NCBI GenBank assembly: GCA_938091495.1
Contig: CALLJF010000019.1
Span: 1-62,762, forward strand
DNA length: 62,762 nucleotides
Direction: 5' to 3'
From: an uncultured Nitrososphaerales archaeon
GTDB lineage: Archaea > Thermoproteota > Nitrososphaeria > Nitrososphaerales > JACAEJ01
Shown: one piece after another, positions 49,782 to 60,191 of the stretch
Layout of the letters: each line of letters begins with the position of its first letter
Numbering within the stretch: position 1 is the stretch's first letter
Program-made: the position numbers and the translations under genes
Notes under the pieces: generated by a model
What the model was told of the DNA's origin: nothing
Databases searched by the model: none
What the model saw: the letters and a program-made list of their open reading frames with translations, nothing else

Positions 49782-50096
49782 TTACGTAGTTGAGATTTTT
49801 CCTAACTGCTGAAGTTCAGAACCGCGAGTGCAGTAGAAGGTCTTAGTGAACTTGAACTTGGCAAAGACTGGACAGTTAGGGCATATGCATTGCTTCTCAT
49901 CAGTTATCTTCATGCTCTTTCCATTTGTTATAAAGCAGTAGGCGATGTAATAGTCATCCTTTCCTTTCTTGAAGACATTTCTATAAGTAGAGCAGGCCGT
50001 GCAATTGCACATGCTGTTTGCCATGCTCTCCATCTTCCTTACTTCTTCAACACTTACCTTCATTACCTCTGCAGCCTTTCTGAGAGTAATCTTCAT
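49782..50096 (-). CDS. Cys-rich small protein (DUF2769-like)
   Basis: CNCTACSTY..YC..GKS..CICPNCPV..YCTRG. Confidence 0.7.
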   Translation of the reverse strand: MKITLRKAAEVMKVSVEEVRKMESMANSMCNCTACSTYRNVFKKGKDDYYIAYCFITNGKSMKITDEKQCICPNCPVFAKFKFTKTFYCTRGSELQQLGKISTT

Positions 50097-50243
50097 TTTG
50101 CTTATACCTTCCCATTACATCGAGCAAACGAGTTACGAAATAAAAAATTTTTTAAGACAGAACTTTAGAACATTGAGCTTCTGATGCTGAATAAGAGTTA
50201 TGAGAGAATTCTCTTAAAATAATTTAAACCTATATAATCCACG

Positions 50244-51434
50244 ATGTCTCTGAAAAATGAGATGAACCCTTCAAAGCAAATGGGGGTCAGAGCAGCCTAT
50301 ATGGCAATCATCCTTCTTGGCATAGTAAGTCTCATGGGTGATTTGGTCTATGAGGGGTCAAGAGGGATCATACCAGACTATCTTAATTTTCTTGGAGCAC
50401 CAGCGCTTTTTGTAGGCTTGGTCATTGGCTTAGGAGAGTTCTTAGGCTACGCTATGAGGTTTGTCAGCGGTATTCTTGCAGACACTACAAAGGCTTATTG
50501 GTTCTTCATATTTGCAGGATACGGTCTGATCATTGCAGTTCCTCTCATGGCTTTTTCATTAAATTGGGAAATAATTGCTCTACTCGTTTTGGTAGAGAGG
50601 TTTGGAAAAGCTGTAAGGTCTCCTTCAAGAGACGCAGTTCTATCCATGGTCAGCAAGGGCATAGGTTCAGGGAAAGCCTTTGGAATACATGAGTTCTTAG
50701 ATCAGATTGGCGCCATAATTGGCCCTTTACTCGTAGTATTTCTTATGCTCTACACAAAAAACGATTATTCGAATGTTTTCAAATTCATGATATTGCCTTA
50801 TTTTATACTACTATTAGCGCTAAGCTACACTTATAGGAATATCAAGGGCCAGACATATACAGTAACAAAAGTTGAAAAAAAGCAAGGTTTGAGTAAGTCG
50901 TTTTATATTTATACTGCTGCTGTAACTCTCAATACAATCGGGTTAATTCACATTTCACTCATACTCTTCAAAGCTTCTGAAATTTTGCAGCCTGTCCATC
51001 AGCAATGGATTGTACCAGCTCTTTTCTTGATAGCTCAAGGCGTTGATGCTCCTATAGCGCTTATTTCAGGCTATTTTTATGATAAAGCTGGCGTTAAAGT
51101 TCTTCTCATACCCTTTATCCTCTCTACACTTCCACCCATACTTGCCTTGACGAGTAATCATCTTCTAATGCTTGTAGCTGCATGTATAGTCTTTGGTTTA
51201 GTATTGGGAATGCAGGAGTCCATATATAGAGCTGTAGTAGCAGATTTGACGCCTCTAACTTCAAGAGGCAGGGCTTATGGACTGTTTAATACAGCTTATG
51301 GTCTCGGCTTTTTGGTCAGCGGTACAATATATGGTAGCTTCATAGATTATAGAATTTCTAGTATAGCTGTAATAGCTTATTCTCTTATAACACAAGTCAT
51401 CGCCATATTTCTACTATTAAATGTGAAAAATTAA
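50244..51434 (+). CDS. MFS transporter
   Basis: 12 TM pattern, ERFGKAVRSPSRDA, RGRAYG. Confidence 0.9.
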   Translation: MSLKNEMNPSKQMGVRAAYMAIILLGIVSLMGDLVYEGSRGIIPDYLNFLGAPALFVGLVIGLGEFLGYAMRFVSGILADTTKAYWFFIFAGYGLIIAVPLMAFSLNWEIIALLVLVERFGKAVRSPSRDAVLSMVSKGIGSGKAFGIHEFLDQIGAIIGPLLVVFLMLYTKNDYSNVFKFMILPYFILLLALSYTYRNIKGQTYTVTKVEKKQGLSKSFYIYTAAVTLNTIGLIHISLILFKASEILQPVHQQWIVPALFLIAQGVDAPIALISGYFYDKAGVKVLLIPFILSTLPPILALTSNHLLMLVAACIVFGLVLGMQESIYRAVVADLTPLTSRGRAYGLFNTAYGLGFLVSGTIYGSFIDYRISSIAVIAYSLITQVIAIFLLLNVKN

Positions 51435-51438
51435 AAGT

Positions 51439-52104
51439 TTGAAGAATAGAGATAAGATCATGGAAAAGGGTCTAGATCAATTAATCAAAGTCTATAAAGC
51501 AAAAAAAGATGAAATTCAAAGGAGACTTTTAGAATTTAGAAGAATATTGAGCGAATCTGATGAGAGGGTATTCGCTGAGCTTGCCTTTTGTATATGCACC
51601 CCACAATCTAAAGCTACAACTTGCTGGGAGATCGTATCATCATTGATGGGAAATGGTCTTTTGTTTAAGGGAGATGAAGAGCAGATGAGACCCTTTCTTA
51701 ATGCTATAAGATTTGGGGATAATAAAGCCAAGTATATTGTATATGCAAGAAGATTCTTCACTGAAAATAGCAATCTAAAGATTAAAGAGAAGATTCAATC
51801 CTTTGATGATTTATTCAAATTAAGAGAGTGGTTAGCAAATAACATATTAGGAATTGGGATGAAAGAAGCTAGCCACTTTTTAAGAAACATCGGTCTTGGC
51901 AAGGATTTTGCGATACTGGATAGGCACATATTGAAAAATCTCAAAGAATACGGTATTATTAACGAGATTCCAAAATCTATTTCCAAAAAGGTCTACTTGG
52001 ATATTGAGGATAAGATGAGAGAGTTCTCAAAGAGAATAAACATCCCTATGGATGAGTTGGATTTACTTTTTTGGTCTAAAGAGACAGGCATTATATTCAA
52101 ATGA
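51439..52104 (+). CDS. ogg: 8-oxoguanine N-glycosylase/DNA lyase (Ogg2 family)
   Basis: ELAFCICTPQS, GIGMKEASHFLRNIG, AILDRHIL, ELDLLFW, C-terminal IFK. Confidence 0.9.
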   Translation: MKNRDKIMEKGLDQLIKVYKAKKDEIQRRLLEFRRILSESDERVFAELAFCICTPQSKATTCWEIVSSLMGNGLLFKGDEEQMRPFLNAIRFGDNKAKYIVYARRFFTENSNLKIKEKIQSFDDLFKLREWLANNILGIGMKEASHFLRNIGLGKDFAILDRHILKNLKEYGIINEIPKSISKKVYLDIEDKMREFSKRINIPMDELDLLFWSKETGIIFK

Positions 52105-52146
52105 TACCAAAAGGGTAAAATACGATCTTCTCAATCTAATTTTTGC

Positions 52147-52247
52147 GCTCCGGTGGTGTAGTCCGGACAAGCATAGTGGCCTTTCGAGCTTGGGCGGGGA
52201 GTTTTACCCATAGCCACTGATCGCGGGTTCAAATCCCGCCCGGAGCA
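52147..52247 (+). tRNA. tRNA-Glu(TTC) with 25-nt anticodon-loop intron (~52187-52211)
   Basis: GCTCCGG/CCGGAGC acceptor stem, GTGGC-CT-TTC-GA-GCCAC after intron removal, GGTTCAAATCC. Confidence 0.88.
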
Positions 52248-52294
52248 CTAACTATTAATCATTAATAAAGCATAAAAAGCCAAAATACAGTCAG

Positions 52295-53521
52295 ATGTTA
52301 AGAATGTCTGATAAGAAAAATTCTGGCAATCCAAGACTGATACTTTACACAGGCAAAGGAGGAACAGGAAAGTCTGTAATAGCCTGCGCTACAGGTTTAA
52401 AGACCTCAAGCATAGGATATAAAACTCTCATAGTATCATCAGACCCTGCCCACACGTTAGGAGACGCTTTGGAGAACAGAATAACGGATTCACCAACAAA
52501 GGTATCTGAAAACCTATGGGCGATACAAATAGACCCAATTAAGGAGATGGAAAAGAACTATGCTGTAATTCAAGAGTGGCTAACCTCTCTTCTTTCTGCC
52601 AAAGGAATAGAGGAGACTCTAGCTTATGAGATTGCTTCGTTGCCAGGAATGACACATCTATTCGCTCTTCTTAAGATAGAAGAATTAGCGAGAGAAAAGC
52701 AGTTTGATGTTATAATCCTTGATACAGTCCCATCTGGAGAGGCACTCAAATACCTATACTTCCCTAAACTTTTTGGAAGCATAAGTAGAAAACTGATAAG
52801 CATGGTCGGTTCAATAGCAGGCATAGCAAGAGTTATAGAACCTCTTATAGGGGTGCCTGCGCCAAAAAAAGAAGTCTTCAAATCTGAGGTAGAGTTGATA
52901 AAGAGGCTTGAAATGTTAGCAGATATCCTTAAAAATATTGATATCACAAGTTTGAGGGTAATAGCAAACCCTGATGCTTTCAGCATTGAAAATACGAGAA
53001 GGACTTTGATGCTTTCAAGCCTCTATGGTATAAATGTAGACCTAGCTATTATCAACAAGATTATACCAGAAAAAGTTAACGACTCATACTTCAGCAATTG
53101 GATAGAACTTCAGAAAAAGTGCCTATCAGAGGCTGAGGCAAGCTTCTATCCTTTGCCAATAAAGAAGTTGATGCTCTTTGATTCAGAGTTAAAGGGTATT
53201 GAAATGCTCAAGAGAGGTGGGGATGAACTATTCATTAACGAGGACCCTACCAAGATATACTTTAAGGGCTCTCCCTTTAAGATTATCAGCAAAGAAAATG
53301 AGCTAACTCTAATAGTGAAAGTTCCCTTTACGAGCAAAGAAAAGATAAACGAAGTTGAGAGAATAGGGGATGAGCTCTTAGTGAGAGTGAATACAGAAGT
53401 CGGAGATGTAGTCAAAGTCATACCATTGCCTACAGTTGCCCTTAGAATGAAATTGTCGAGGGCTAAGCTTTTAAATGATGAACTACAAATCAGTTTTGTT
53501 GATGAGTATGAGCGAAAGTGA
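52295..53521 (+). CDS. ArsA/GET3-family ATPase with C-terminal Hsp20-like domain
   Basis: GKGGTGKS, SSDPAH, ILDTVPSG, beta-rich ~80 aa tail. Confidence 0.85.
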   Translation: MLRMSDKKNSGNPRLILYTGKGGTGKSVIACATGLKTSSIGYKTLIVSSDPAHTLGDALENRITDSPTKVSENLWAIQIDPIKEMEKNYAVIQEWLTSLLSAKGIEETLAYEIASLPGMTHLFALLKIEELAREKQFDVIILDTVPSGEALKYLYFPKLFGSISRKLISMVGSIAGIARVIEPLIGVPAPKKEVFKSEVELIKRLEMLADILKNIDITSLRVIANPDAFSIENTRRTLMLSSLYGINVDLAIINKIIPEKVNDSYFSNWIELQKKCLSEAEASFYPLPIKKLMLFDSELKGIEMLKRGGDELFINEDPTKIYFKGSPFKIISKENELTLIVKVPFTSKEKINEVERIGDELLVRVNTEVGDVVKVIPLPTVALRMKLSRAKLLNDELQISFVDEYERK

Positions 53522-53780
53522 AAGCGCCATTAATGATATTGTTAAAGGCATAATGAGATTGATGGCATTACCCTTCTCAGAAACTATGGATGAATTTTTC
53601 ATAAAAGCATTATCTAAAAATTATGCCGAGCCTGCAGAGCATCTCATAAACGCAAAAATAGAGTTCTTAAGCGCATTTAAGAGCGTTTTAGATAAGAGAA
53701 TAGAGAGGTTAAAAGAAGTCAGAGAAAAAGTAAAAGAAAGAGCGGAGGTTGCTAAGAAAGAGAAGGTCCAAGTAGAGTAA
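53475..53780 (+). CDS. Hypothetical helical protein coupled to the ArsA/GET3 gene
   Basis: Overlaps the ArsA-family stop; amphipathic, charged helices. Confidence 0.65.
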   Translation: MMNYKSVLLMSMSESESAINDIVKGIMRLMALPFSETMDEFFIKALSKNYAEPAEHLINAKIEFLSAFKSVLDKRIERLKEVREKVKERAEVAKKEKVQVE

Positions 53781-53786
53781 ATTAAT

Positions 53787-54557
53787 CTATGCTTGTGGGA
53801 TTAAATTCAGCTTTGATAGAAGCTTCAGATAGCTAATCCAACCTATTTCCTTCTTGTAGTTCTTTATTGAATCTATGATGATCTTCTCATCTTCTATGCC
53901 TAATAGTTGCCTTAATTTCTTAGCCATAGGTCCTCCTATGAACAAGTATTGCATTATTTTTGTCAAATTTGAAACCTTTCGACTTATGCTAGCGCTTTCA
54001 AAGTCTATTATAACTGGTTTCTTAGACACTATTACATGCTTTTTTGGATCACTTAATTCGCCATGATCTAAACCTAATTTATCTAAACTAAAGCACTGAT
54101 CCAAGAGTTCTCTAAGAACTTTTCTAATCCCATTGACAGTATACTCTTCCAATCTCTTTAGCCATTCTAAAATGTCATAGCCTTCAATGAACTCCATGAG
54201 GATGAAATTTTCTGTAGATTCGAAAAGCTTTGGACCTACACCAACGGAGTTAGCCATTAGGTGCATTTCAGCCTCTCTTTTCATGGAAATTCTGTTCGCA
54301 TCTATTCTCCTTATCTTCAAAGCTAAAACACCAAAATCGGTTAAAGCTTTGACAACTACGCTTACACATCCTTTTCCAACCACTCCTAACCTGCCTATCC
54401 TCGTCTTCCCTTCGAATAGAATGCTATTGACTTTTAGAAGCTTGAGCTCATTGATTCTTTTAATAACTACGTTGGGATCTAGCTCAGGGTAGCATAACAC
54501 GTTCACGTAAGGTTCTTTCATTAGATCGTCTATTCCAACAAGTTCCGAAGGCGACAA
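53787..54557 (-). CDS. RIO-like Ser/Thr protein kinase
   Basis: VGKGCVSVV, ALKIRR, MEFIEG, DHGELS, IIDFE. Confidence 0.85.
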   Translation of the reverse strand: MSPSELVGIDDLMKEPYVNVLCYPELDPNVVIKRINELKLLKVNSILFEGKTRIGRLGVVGKGCVSVVVKALTDFGVLALKIRRIDANRISMKREAEMHLMANSVGVGPKLFESTENFILMEFIEGYDILEWLKRLEEYTVNGIRKVLRELLDQCFSLDKLGLDHGELSDPKKHVIVSKKPVIIDFESASISRKVSNLTKIMQYLFIGGPMAKKLRQLLGIEDEKIIIDSIKNYKKEIGWISYLKLLSKLNLIPQA

Positions 54558-54690
54558 TGTCCTTGCTCCTTACTCTATTCAATAATTGCAGTATCTAGTA
54601 ATTAAAACCGTTTAACGATTCAATTATTGTAAATATTAGTACGGAGCATAACGACAGATTCATATAAAGTTCTTCATTAAATGATAAAGC

Positions 54691-55734
54691 ATGGAATGGG
54701 AGAAGTTATTAGACCACTATGGTTCGCTAATTGAAGGAAAACTTGAGAGTCATTTCTCTTATGTGATAAAAAATGCAAAGGATTATCATCCATTTATAGC
54801 AGAATTATATGAAAATATTCGTGAATATTCTCTTAGAAAGGGAAAGAGGCTTGCTTCTTGCAGTGCTCTATTATCTTACAAGGGATATACAGGAAAAATA
54901 GATGAAAACATATTGGATGTGTGCATTGGTATTGAGCTTTACAGGCATTGCATTTTAGTTCATGACGATCTTGTTGATAAGGATGAGTTTAGAAGAGGTG
55001 GAAAGTCTTTTCATAATCTCTTTACAGATTATGATAGGAGTTTTGGAGAAAGAGTAACTATCTTTGCTGGCGATTTGATCTTTGCTTTAGCATTACAATG
55101 TATATCGAGGTCTGGTTTCTCTATCGATAAAATAGATAAAGCTTTGAGCTTGCTCATAGAAGGCTATTGTGAAGTCAATGAGAGCCAGATACTAGATTTG
55201 CTTTTTGAATATACTCATCCTGACGTTGCCGATTGGTTCAAAATGGCTCAAAAAAGGGCAGCATCACTATTCAGAGCGTCTATTCTTATTGGTGCTATCC
55301 TTGGTAATGCTCCTGAGCACGATGTAGAATTGCTCAGAGATGCTGCTACCAACATTGGCTATTCATTTGATATTCAGGATGATATAATAGACATTTTTGC
55401 CACAAAAGAGCAGTATGGGAAAAAGCCTGGAAGAGACCTCGTCCTTGGAAAAAAGTCACTTCATATAATACTTCTGCATGAGAGAGCGAATAAGGATGAG
55501 CTAAAATTGCTGGATAACGTTATGCGCAAAAGATACGTAACAAATGCTGAAATTGAATCTATAAGGCAAGTTATAAGAAGGACTGAAGCGCTTAAATCTG
55601 CTAAGGAAGAGTCAAAAAGATATGCAGAATTTGCCAAGAATTTGATTTCCAAGACCAGTATGAGTGATGAAATAAAGGATTTCTTCTCTTCTTTTATAAA
55701 TTACATAGAAGAGAGCTTAGACTGGTATAAATAA
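54691..55734 (+). CDS. Polyprenyl diphosphate synthase (GGPP synthase family)
   Basis: GKRL, VHDDLVDKDEFRRG (FARM), QDDIID (SARM). Confidence 0.9.
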   Translation: MEWEKLLDHYGSLIEGKLESHFSYVIKNAKDYHPFIAELYENIREYSLRKGKRLASCSALLSYKGYTGKIDENILDVCIGIELYRHCILVHDDLVDKDEFRRGGKSFHNLFTDYDRSFGERVTIFAGDLIFALALQCISRSGFSIDKIDKALSLLIEGYCEVNESQILDLLFEYTHPDVADWFKMAQKRAASLFRASILIGAILGNAPEHDVELLRDAATNIGYSFDIQDDIIDIFATKEQYGKKPGRDLVLGKKSLHIILLHERANKDELKLLDNVMRKRYVTNAEIESIRQVIRRTEALKSAKEESKRYAEFAKNLISKTSMSDEIKDFFSSFINYIEESLDWYK

Positions 55735-55909
55735 GAAACATCGTTGTTCCATTTACTGTTATTGTTAGAGTGCCACTTGTGGCAAAGTTCCAACTCACTT
55801 GAGTGCTATCAAAAGAGAAGGTTCCTTAAGCTCTTGAAAGTCAAGAAGCACATTATGGCATAAGATCACTTCTGAAATAGGTTTATTTGCAAGTATTTTT
55901 TATAGTTTC

Positions 55910-56233
55910 ATGATAATTATGGGTGGTACTAAGAAAAAATCCATCTCACAAGCCGAAAAGGTTCAAGCTACAGTTGCAAAAAAGCAAGAAAAAGAGTCGA
56001 AAGCTCTTCAAAAGGTAAAGAGAGACATAGCCGTACCAAAGATGGATGAGAAGCAAGCCATTAAAGTATTTGGGCCTTTAAAGGCCATTACAGTTTACAA
56101 TACTGCAAAGACTCTTAATATAAGGGCATCGACAGCATCTGCACTTTTGAAGTCTTTAGAGGCCAAGGGAATTCTGAAGAAGTTTGGAGGTTACAGTGGG
56201 CATTACGTTTATGCGCTCGTATCAACTGGTTGA
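55910..56233 (+). CDS. rps25e: Ribosomal protein eS25
   Basis: MGGTKKKSISQAEK N-terminus and wHTH (ITVYNTAKTLNIRASTASALLKSL). Confidence 0.8.
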   Translation: MIIMGGTKKKSISQAEKVQATVAKKQEKESKALQKVKRDIAVPKMDEKQAIKVFGPLKAITVYNTAKTLNIRASTASALLKSLEAKGILKKFGGYSGHYVYALVSTG

Positions 56234-56350
56234 TATTAACTATTTCATTAAAAGATACTGAACTGAACATGAGACTTTTAGACTTATTTTTGATTAAAAA
56301 TAGTAGAATTATTGGGCTATGTTGCCCTCAAAACCCTACTCTTAACCAAT

Positions 56351-56923
56351 TTATTGGGATACTGGCTTTTTCCTCAGAGCTATAACATAACCTAGACCAC
56401 CAAGCACGACTCCAATTATTAGAACCCATATAAGAATACCAATTGGCTCAACATAGTATTGCATTATTTCTGTATGAACCTGAGAATCTGGCCAGCCTTT
56501 TCCCCAAGATAAGTTGGGGCTAAAGCCTGACCGCCAAGATACCCTGCTATCATCAGCAACCATGTAGATCCTATTACACCTACATTCTCAAGCACTATGT
56601 GAAGCCATGCTAGAGCATCATTAAGTCTTGTAAAAGGTCTTCTTAGAACTGTTCCTAGGTGGTGATAGAAGACCTGTAACCCCTGTAGCAAGAACTCCTA
56701 CAACAATGTATGTAATGTATCCTACAAAGAACCAAGTTCCAGCGCTCCCAGAAGCTATGATTCTTGCTGGTTCAGGCAGTAGCCCTGTAATAGAAGAAGG
56801 TAAAACTATAATCGCTGTCCATCCCACTGCGAGAATTCCTTGAATTATAGCAACCCAGAGCCATCTCTTAGCCCACTTATTCTCTAATTTAGAATGCTCG
56901 CCCCAAGTTTGGACATTTCTCAT
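56351..56923 (-). pseudogene. Frameshifted four-TM membrane protein
   Basis: Three overlapping ORFs (56621-56923, 56464-56691, 56351-56563) join into one hydrophobic protein via two frameshifts. Confidence 0.7.
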
Positions 56924-56985
56924 CTAACACATGTTATTTCCTAGGTTTTAAACTTTAATCCGCAGGAAAGTTAAATTTTGAGAGA

Positions 56986-57369
56986 TTAACCAATATTAAC
57001 GGTTATGACGTCTCCTGTACCTACCTTACCGAGCATGTCTAATCCGGAAGTGATTTTGCCCAAGGGATTTATGGGCATAGCCACCTCACAATTCTCAAGG
57101 AAGAAACACAAAGCCCCGTTCGATGATAAAAACCCTATCTCTCCCTTTTGAAAACTCTTTCTTACCTTTTCCATACCAGCAACAATTCCTAAAGTGATGT
57201 AAACAAATTGATCCTTGAACCTGATGGCTCTTCCCTGTGAAGGCATATTCCTTAATAAAGCGTTCAAGGTAATCGGGGCAAGATGGCGAAAGACTTCTCC
57301 TTCAGCCCTTCCTTTTCCATAAATCTCTATTGTGATTCTCAGCTTAGAGACCGAGGTCTTTGAGTTCAT
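56986..57369 (-). CDS. Cyclophilin-like fold protein
   Basis: RHLAPITL..P, GEIGF..GALCFF, NPLGKI. Confidence 0.75.
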   Translation of the reverse strand: MNSKTSVSKLRITIEIYGKGRAEGEVFRHLAPITLNALLRNMPSQGRAIRFKDQFVYITLGIVAGMEKVRKSFQKGEIGFLSSNGALCFFLENCEVAMPINPLGKITSGLDMLGKVGTGDVITVNIG

Positions 57370-57528
57370 GGTATAGATTATCTATCATTTATCAATTACG
57401 CTTAAATTTTTATCGATTAAAAGGATGATTTTAAAACTTGAAAAACTCCATTATCCCAGAAATTCGACATAAAACAACATAGGTTTTTATAAAGCAGGTT
57501 CCAATCTTGCTTTTAGTGATTATTATTA

Positions 57529-57627
57529 GTGTTCAAGCTGATAGAGGTCATAGGCATATCTAATAAAGATTTTACAGATGCAGCCAAAAAGGTGAAAAAG
57601 CGCAGATTAATGTCCATTAAAAATTAA
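57529..57627 (+). pseudogene. Dodecin N-terminal remnant
   Basis: VFKLIEVIGISNKDFTDAAK matches the dodecin start, then diverges and stops after 32 codons. Confidence 0.55.
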
Positions 57628-57750
57628 CCACGTGATGAAGAACAATCGCGATCCCAATTGAAATTAACAGATCTGCAGAGATTTGCTGATTTTGCATCTG
57701 ATTTTTAAATCAAAAGCTTTATTTGGCATTTTTTTGGTCTTAAGAGAACA

Positions 57751-58050
57751 TTGGTAGCGGCTATATCAGAGGCTCCATTAGATAAGAAGAAGGCAAAGAA
57801 AGTTACTGATAAGAAGGTTATCATAGGCCCTCCTAATCTCACTAGATTTGAGAGGGCAAGGATCATTGGAGCCCGCGCTCTTCAACTTGCCCTTGGTGCG
57901 CCCCCTTTCATATCTGTACCTCCTAACATAAAGGACCCTATTTCCCTTGCTATAGCTGAACTAGAGAGCAAAGCTTTGCCCATATCTATCAGAAGAACCT
58001 TACCAGATGGCAGATATCAAGACATACCGATAGACGATTTGTTGGATTAA
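57751..58050 (+). CDS. rpoK: DNA-directed RNA polymerase subunit Rpo6 (K)
   Basis: [29 protein letters not shown]. Confidence 0.95.
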   Translation: MVAAISEAPLDKKKAKKVTDKKVIIGPPNLTRFERARIIGARALQLALGAPPFISVPPNIKDPISLAIAELESKALPISIRRTLPDGRYQDIPIDDLLD

Positions 58051-58316
58051 TGCTTATAATGTATTAAGAAGGTTGTGAAGATGAAATGAAGTTTGAGTCA
58101 GTAAAGGTTTATTGTTCTTAATGCCGAAGGTAAACACGACACACTAAGCTTTGTTTTAACCTCATTCATTTTTGATTTTACTGCCTGTTTTGATTACCTA
58201 CCCGAGATCGGGAGGCTCTTTTTCGATGATCTTAAAAAGTATTCAGAAACGAGGCATAGGAGACCATAAGAAGCTTTGAACGCAATGATTTAAATAAAAA
58301 TAAGCCTTTAAATCTA

Positions 58317-60101
58317 TTGGTTTGCATGTTATATTCGATAATAGCAGACACTTACGAGAAGATAGAAGAGACAACTAAGAGGCTAGAGATTACTGACTAC
58401 CTTGTAGACTTGTTTAAAAAGACTGATCCAAGTTTGATAGATAAGGTAGTATATCTAACTCAAGGTAAGCTCTACCCTGACTATGTGGGAATAGAGATAG
58501 GAGTTGCAGAGAAGCTTGCCATCAAAGCTATAGGGTTTGCAGCAGGTAGAGATTTGGAAAGCATAGAAAAGATTTACAAGAAGATGGGAGACATAGGTCT
58601 AGTTGCTCAGGAAGTTCTGAAGGATCGGGCACAAGCCACACTCTTTAGAGAACCCCTTACAGTAGAGAGGGTATACGAAACTTTAGACAAGACGGCAAAG
58701 ATGTCTGGTCTAGGATCAATAGATGCAAAACTCAAGTATATTTCAAGCTTATTAAACGATGCAACACCAAAAGAAGCAAGGTATATCATCAGAACTATAA
58801 CAGGCGAGCTTAGGCTCGGTGTGGCAGACTATACAGTCTTGGATGCATTGGCTATTGCCTATACGAATGATAAGAGCAATAGACCTTTGCTTGAGAGAGC
58901 CTATAATCTGTCCAGCGATCTAGGGGCTATTGCAAAGACCGTAGCAACTGAGGGACTAAATGGCATTAAAAGGTTCAAGATAACCTTAGGCAAGCCTATC
59001 AGACCTATGCTGGCTGAAAGACTTGAGACAGCGCAAGAAATAGTAGAAAAGCTTGAGGGGAGATGTGTTGCAGAGTATAAGCTTGATGGGGAGCGTATTC
59101 AAATCCATAAGGATGGAAGATCGGTAAATTTGTTCTCGCGTAGATTGGAGAATATAACTCATCATTACCCTGACGTTAAAGACCTTGTGAGGAGCAATAT
59201 CAAGGCTAATAAAGTTATAGCAGAAGCAGAGTGCGTAGCCATGAACATTGATACAGGAGAGCTTTTACCTTTTCAAGAACTTATGCATAGAAGACGAAAG
59301 TATGGAATAGAGGAGGCTATGAAAGCATATCCTATTTCGTTGTTCTTCTTCGATGTTCTATATCTGAATGGTGAAGATTTGACTCAAAGACCCTACTCTG
59401 AAAGGAGAGAAATGTTGGAAAAGATCATAAAAAAAGATGATAGAGTTAGAGTTGTTCAAAGCATAAAATCGAATGATCCAAAAGAGATAGAGAACTTCAT
59501 GGAACAAGCCATATCCGATGGTTGTGAAGGTTTAGTGATAAAAGATGTTAATAGCGTCTACAGAGCAGGTGCAAGAGAGTTCAGCTGGATCAAGCTCAAA
59601 AGAGAGTATAGAAGTGAGCTGAAGGATACTTTAGATCTGGTGATAGTAGGTGCATTCCATGGTAAGGGTCGAAGAGCCGGCAAATATGGTGCGTTCTTAC
59701 TTGCTGCTTACGATAAAGATGCAGATATTTTCAGAACTGTTTGTAAAATTGGGACTGGTTTTACTGATGAAGACTTAGAAAAATTTCCAAAGATGCTTGC
59801 TCCTTACAAAATCACCCATAAGCATGGTCGTGTTGATTCAAAGTTGGAGGCTGATGTCTGGTTTGTTCCTCAAGTAGTTGTTGAAACCATTGCCGCCGAG
59901 ATAACCGTTAGCCCGATTCATACATGCTGCATGGATGCCATCCGTAAAGATAGTGGTCTTGCATTAAGGTTCCCTAAGTATACAGGCAAGATTAGGGATG
60001 ATAAAGCTCCTGAAGATGCAACTACTGTTAAGGAGATATTAGATATGTATAAGAGCCAATTGAAAAGGATAGAAAAAGAGGTAATATCAGAAGCAGTATA
60101 A
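58317..60101 (+). CDS. lig: ATP-dependent DNA ligase
   Basis: EYKLDGER adenylation motif, EGLVIK, WIKLK, ALRFP. Confidence 0.96.
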   Translation: MVCMLYSIIADTYEKIEETTKRLEITDYLVDLFKKTDPSLIDKVVYLTQGKLYPDYVGIEIGVAEKLAIKAIGFAAGRDLESIEKIYKKMGDIGLVAQEVLKDRAQATLFREPLTVERVYETLDKTAKMSGLGSIDAKLKYISSLLNDATPKEARYIIRTITGELRLGVADYTVLDALAIAYTNDKSNRPLLERAYNLSSDLGAIAKTVATEGLNGIKRFKITLGKPIRPMLAERLETAQEIVEKLEGRCVAEYKLDGERIQIHKDGRSVNLFSRRLENITHHYPDVKDLVRSNIKANKVIAEAECVAMNIDTGELLPFQELMHRRRKYGIEEAMKAYPISLFFFDVLYLNGEDLTQRPYSERREMLEKIIKKDDRVRVVQSIKSNDPKEIENFMEQAISDGCEGLVIKDVNSVYRAGAREFSWIKLKREYRSELKDTLDLVIVGAFHGKGRRAGKYGAFLLAAYDKDADIFRTVCKIGTGFTDEDLEKFPKMLAPYKITHKHGRVDSKLEADVWFVPQVVVETIAAEITVSPIHTCCMDAIRKDSGLALRFPKYTGKIRDDKAPEDATTVKEILDMYKSQLKRIEKEVISEAV

Positions 60102-60191
60102 AAAATAAAATTTTTTGCTTTAATAAAAACAATTTATAAAAGTGGTAATTTAATTCAGTAATTGTTAGAATTCATGGAAAAGTGGGTCTGA

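Noticed and set aside
58197-58223. GC-rich hairpin plus T-tract in the rpoK-lig intergenic region as an ncRNA
   Set aside because: The stem is short and I found no convincing C/D or H/ACA box arrangement; at most a terminator-like element.
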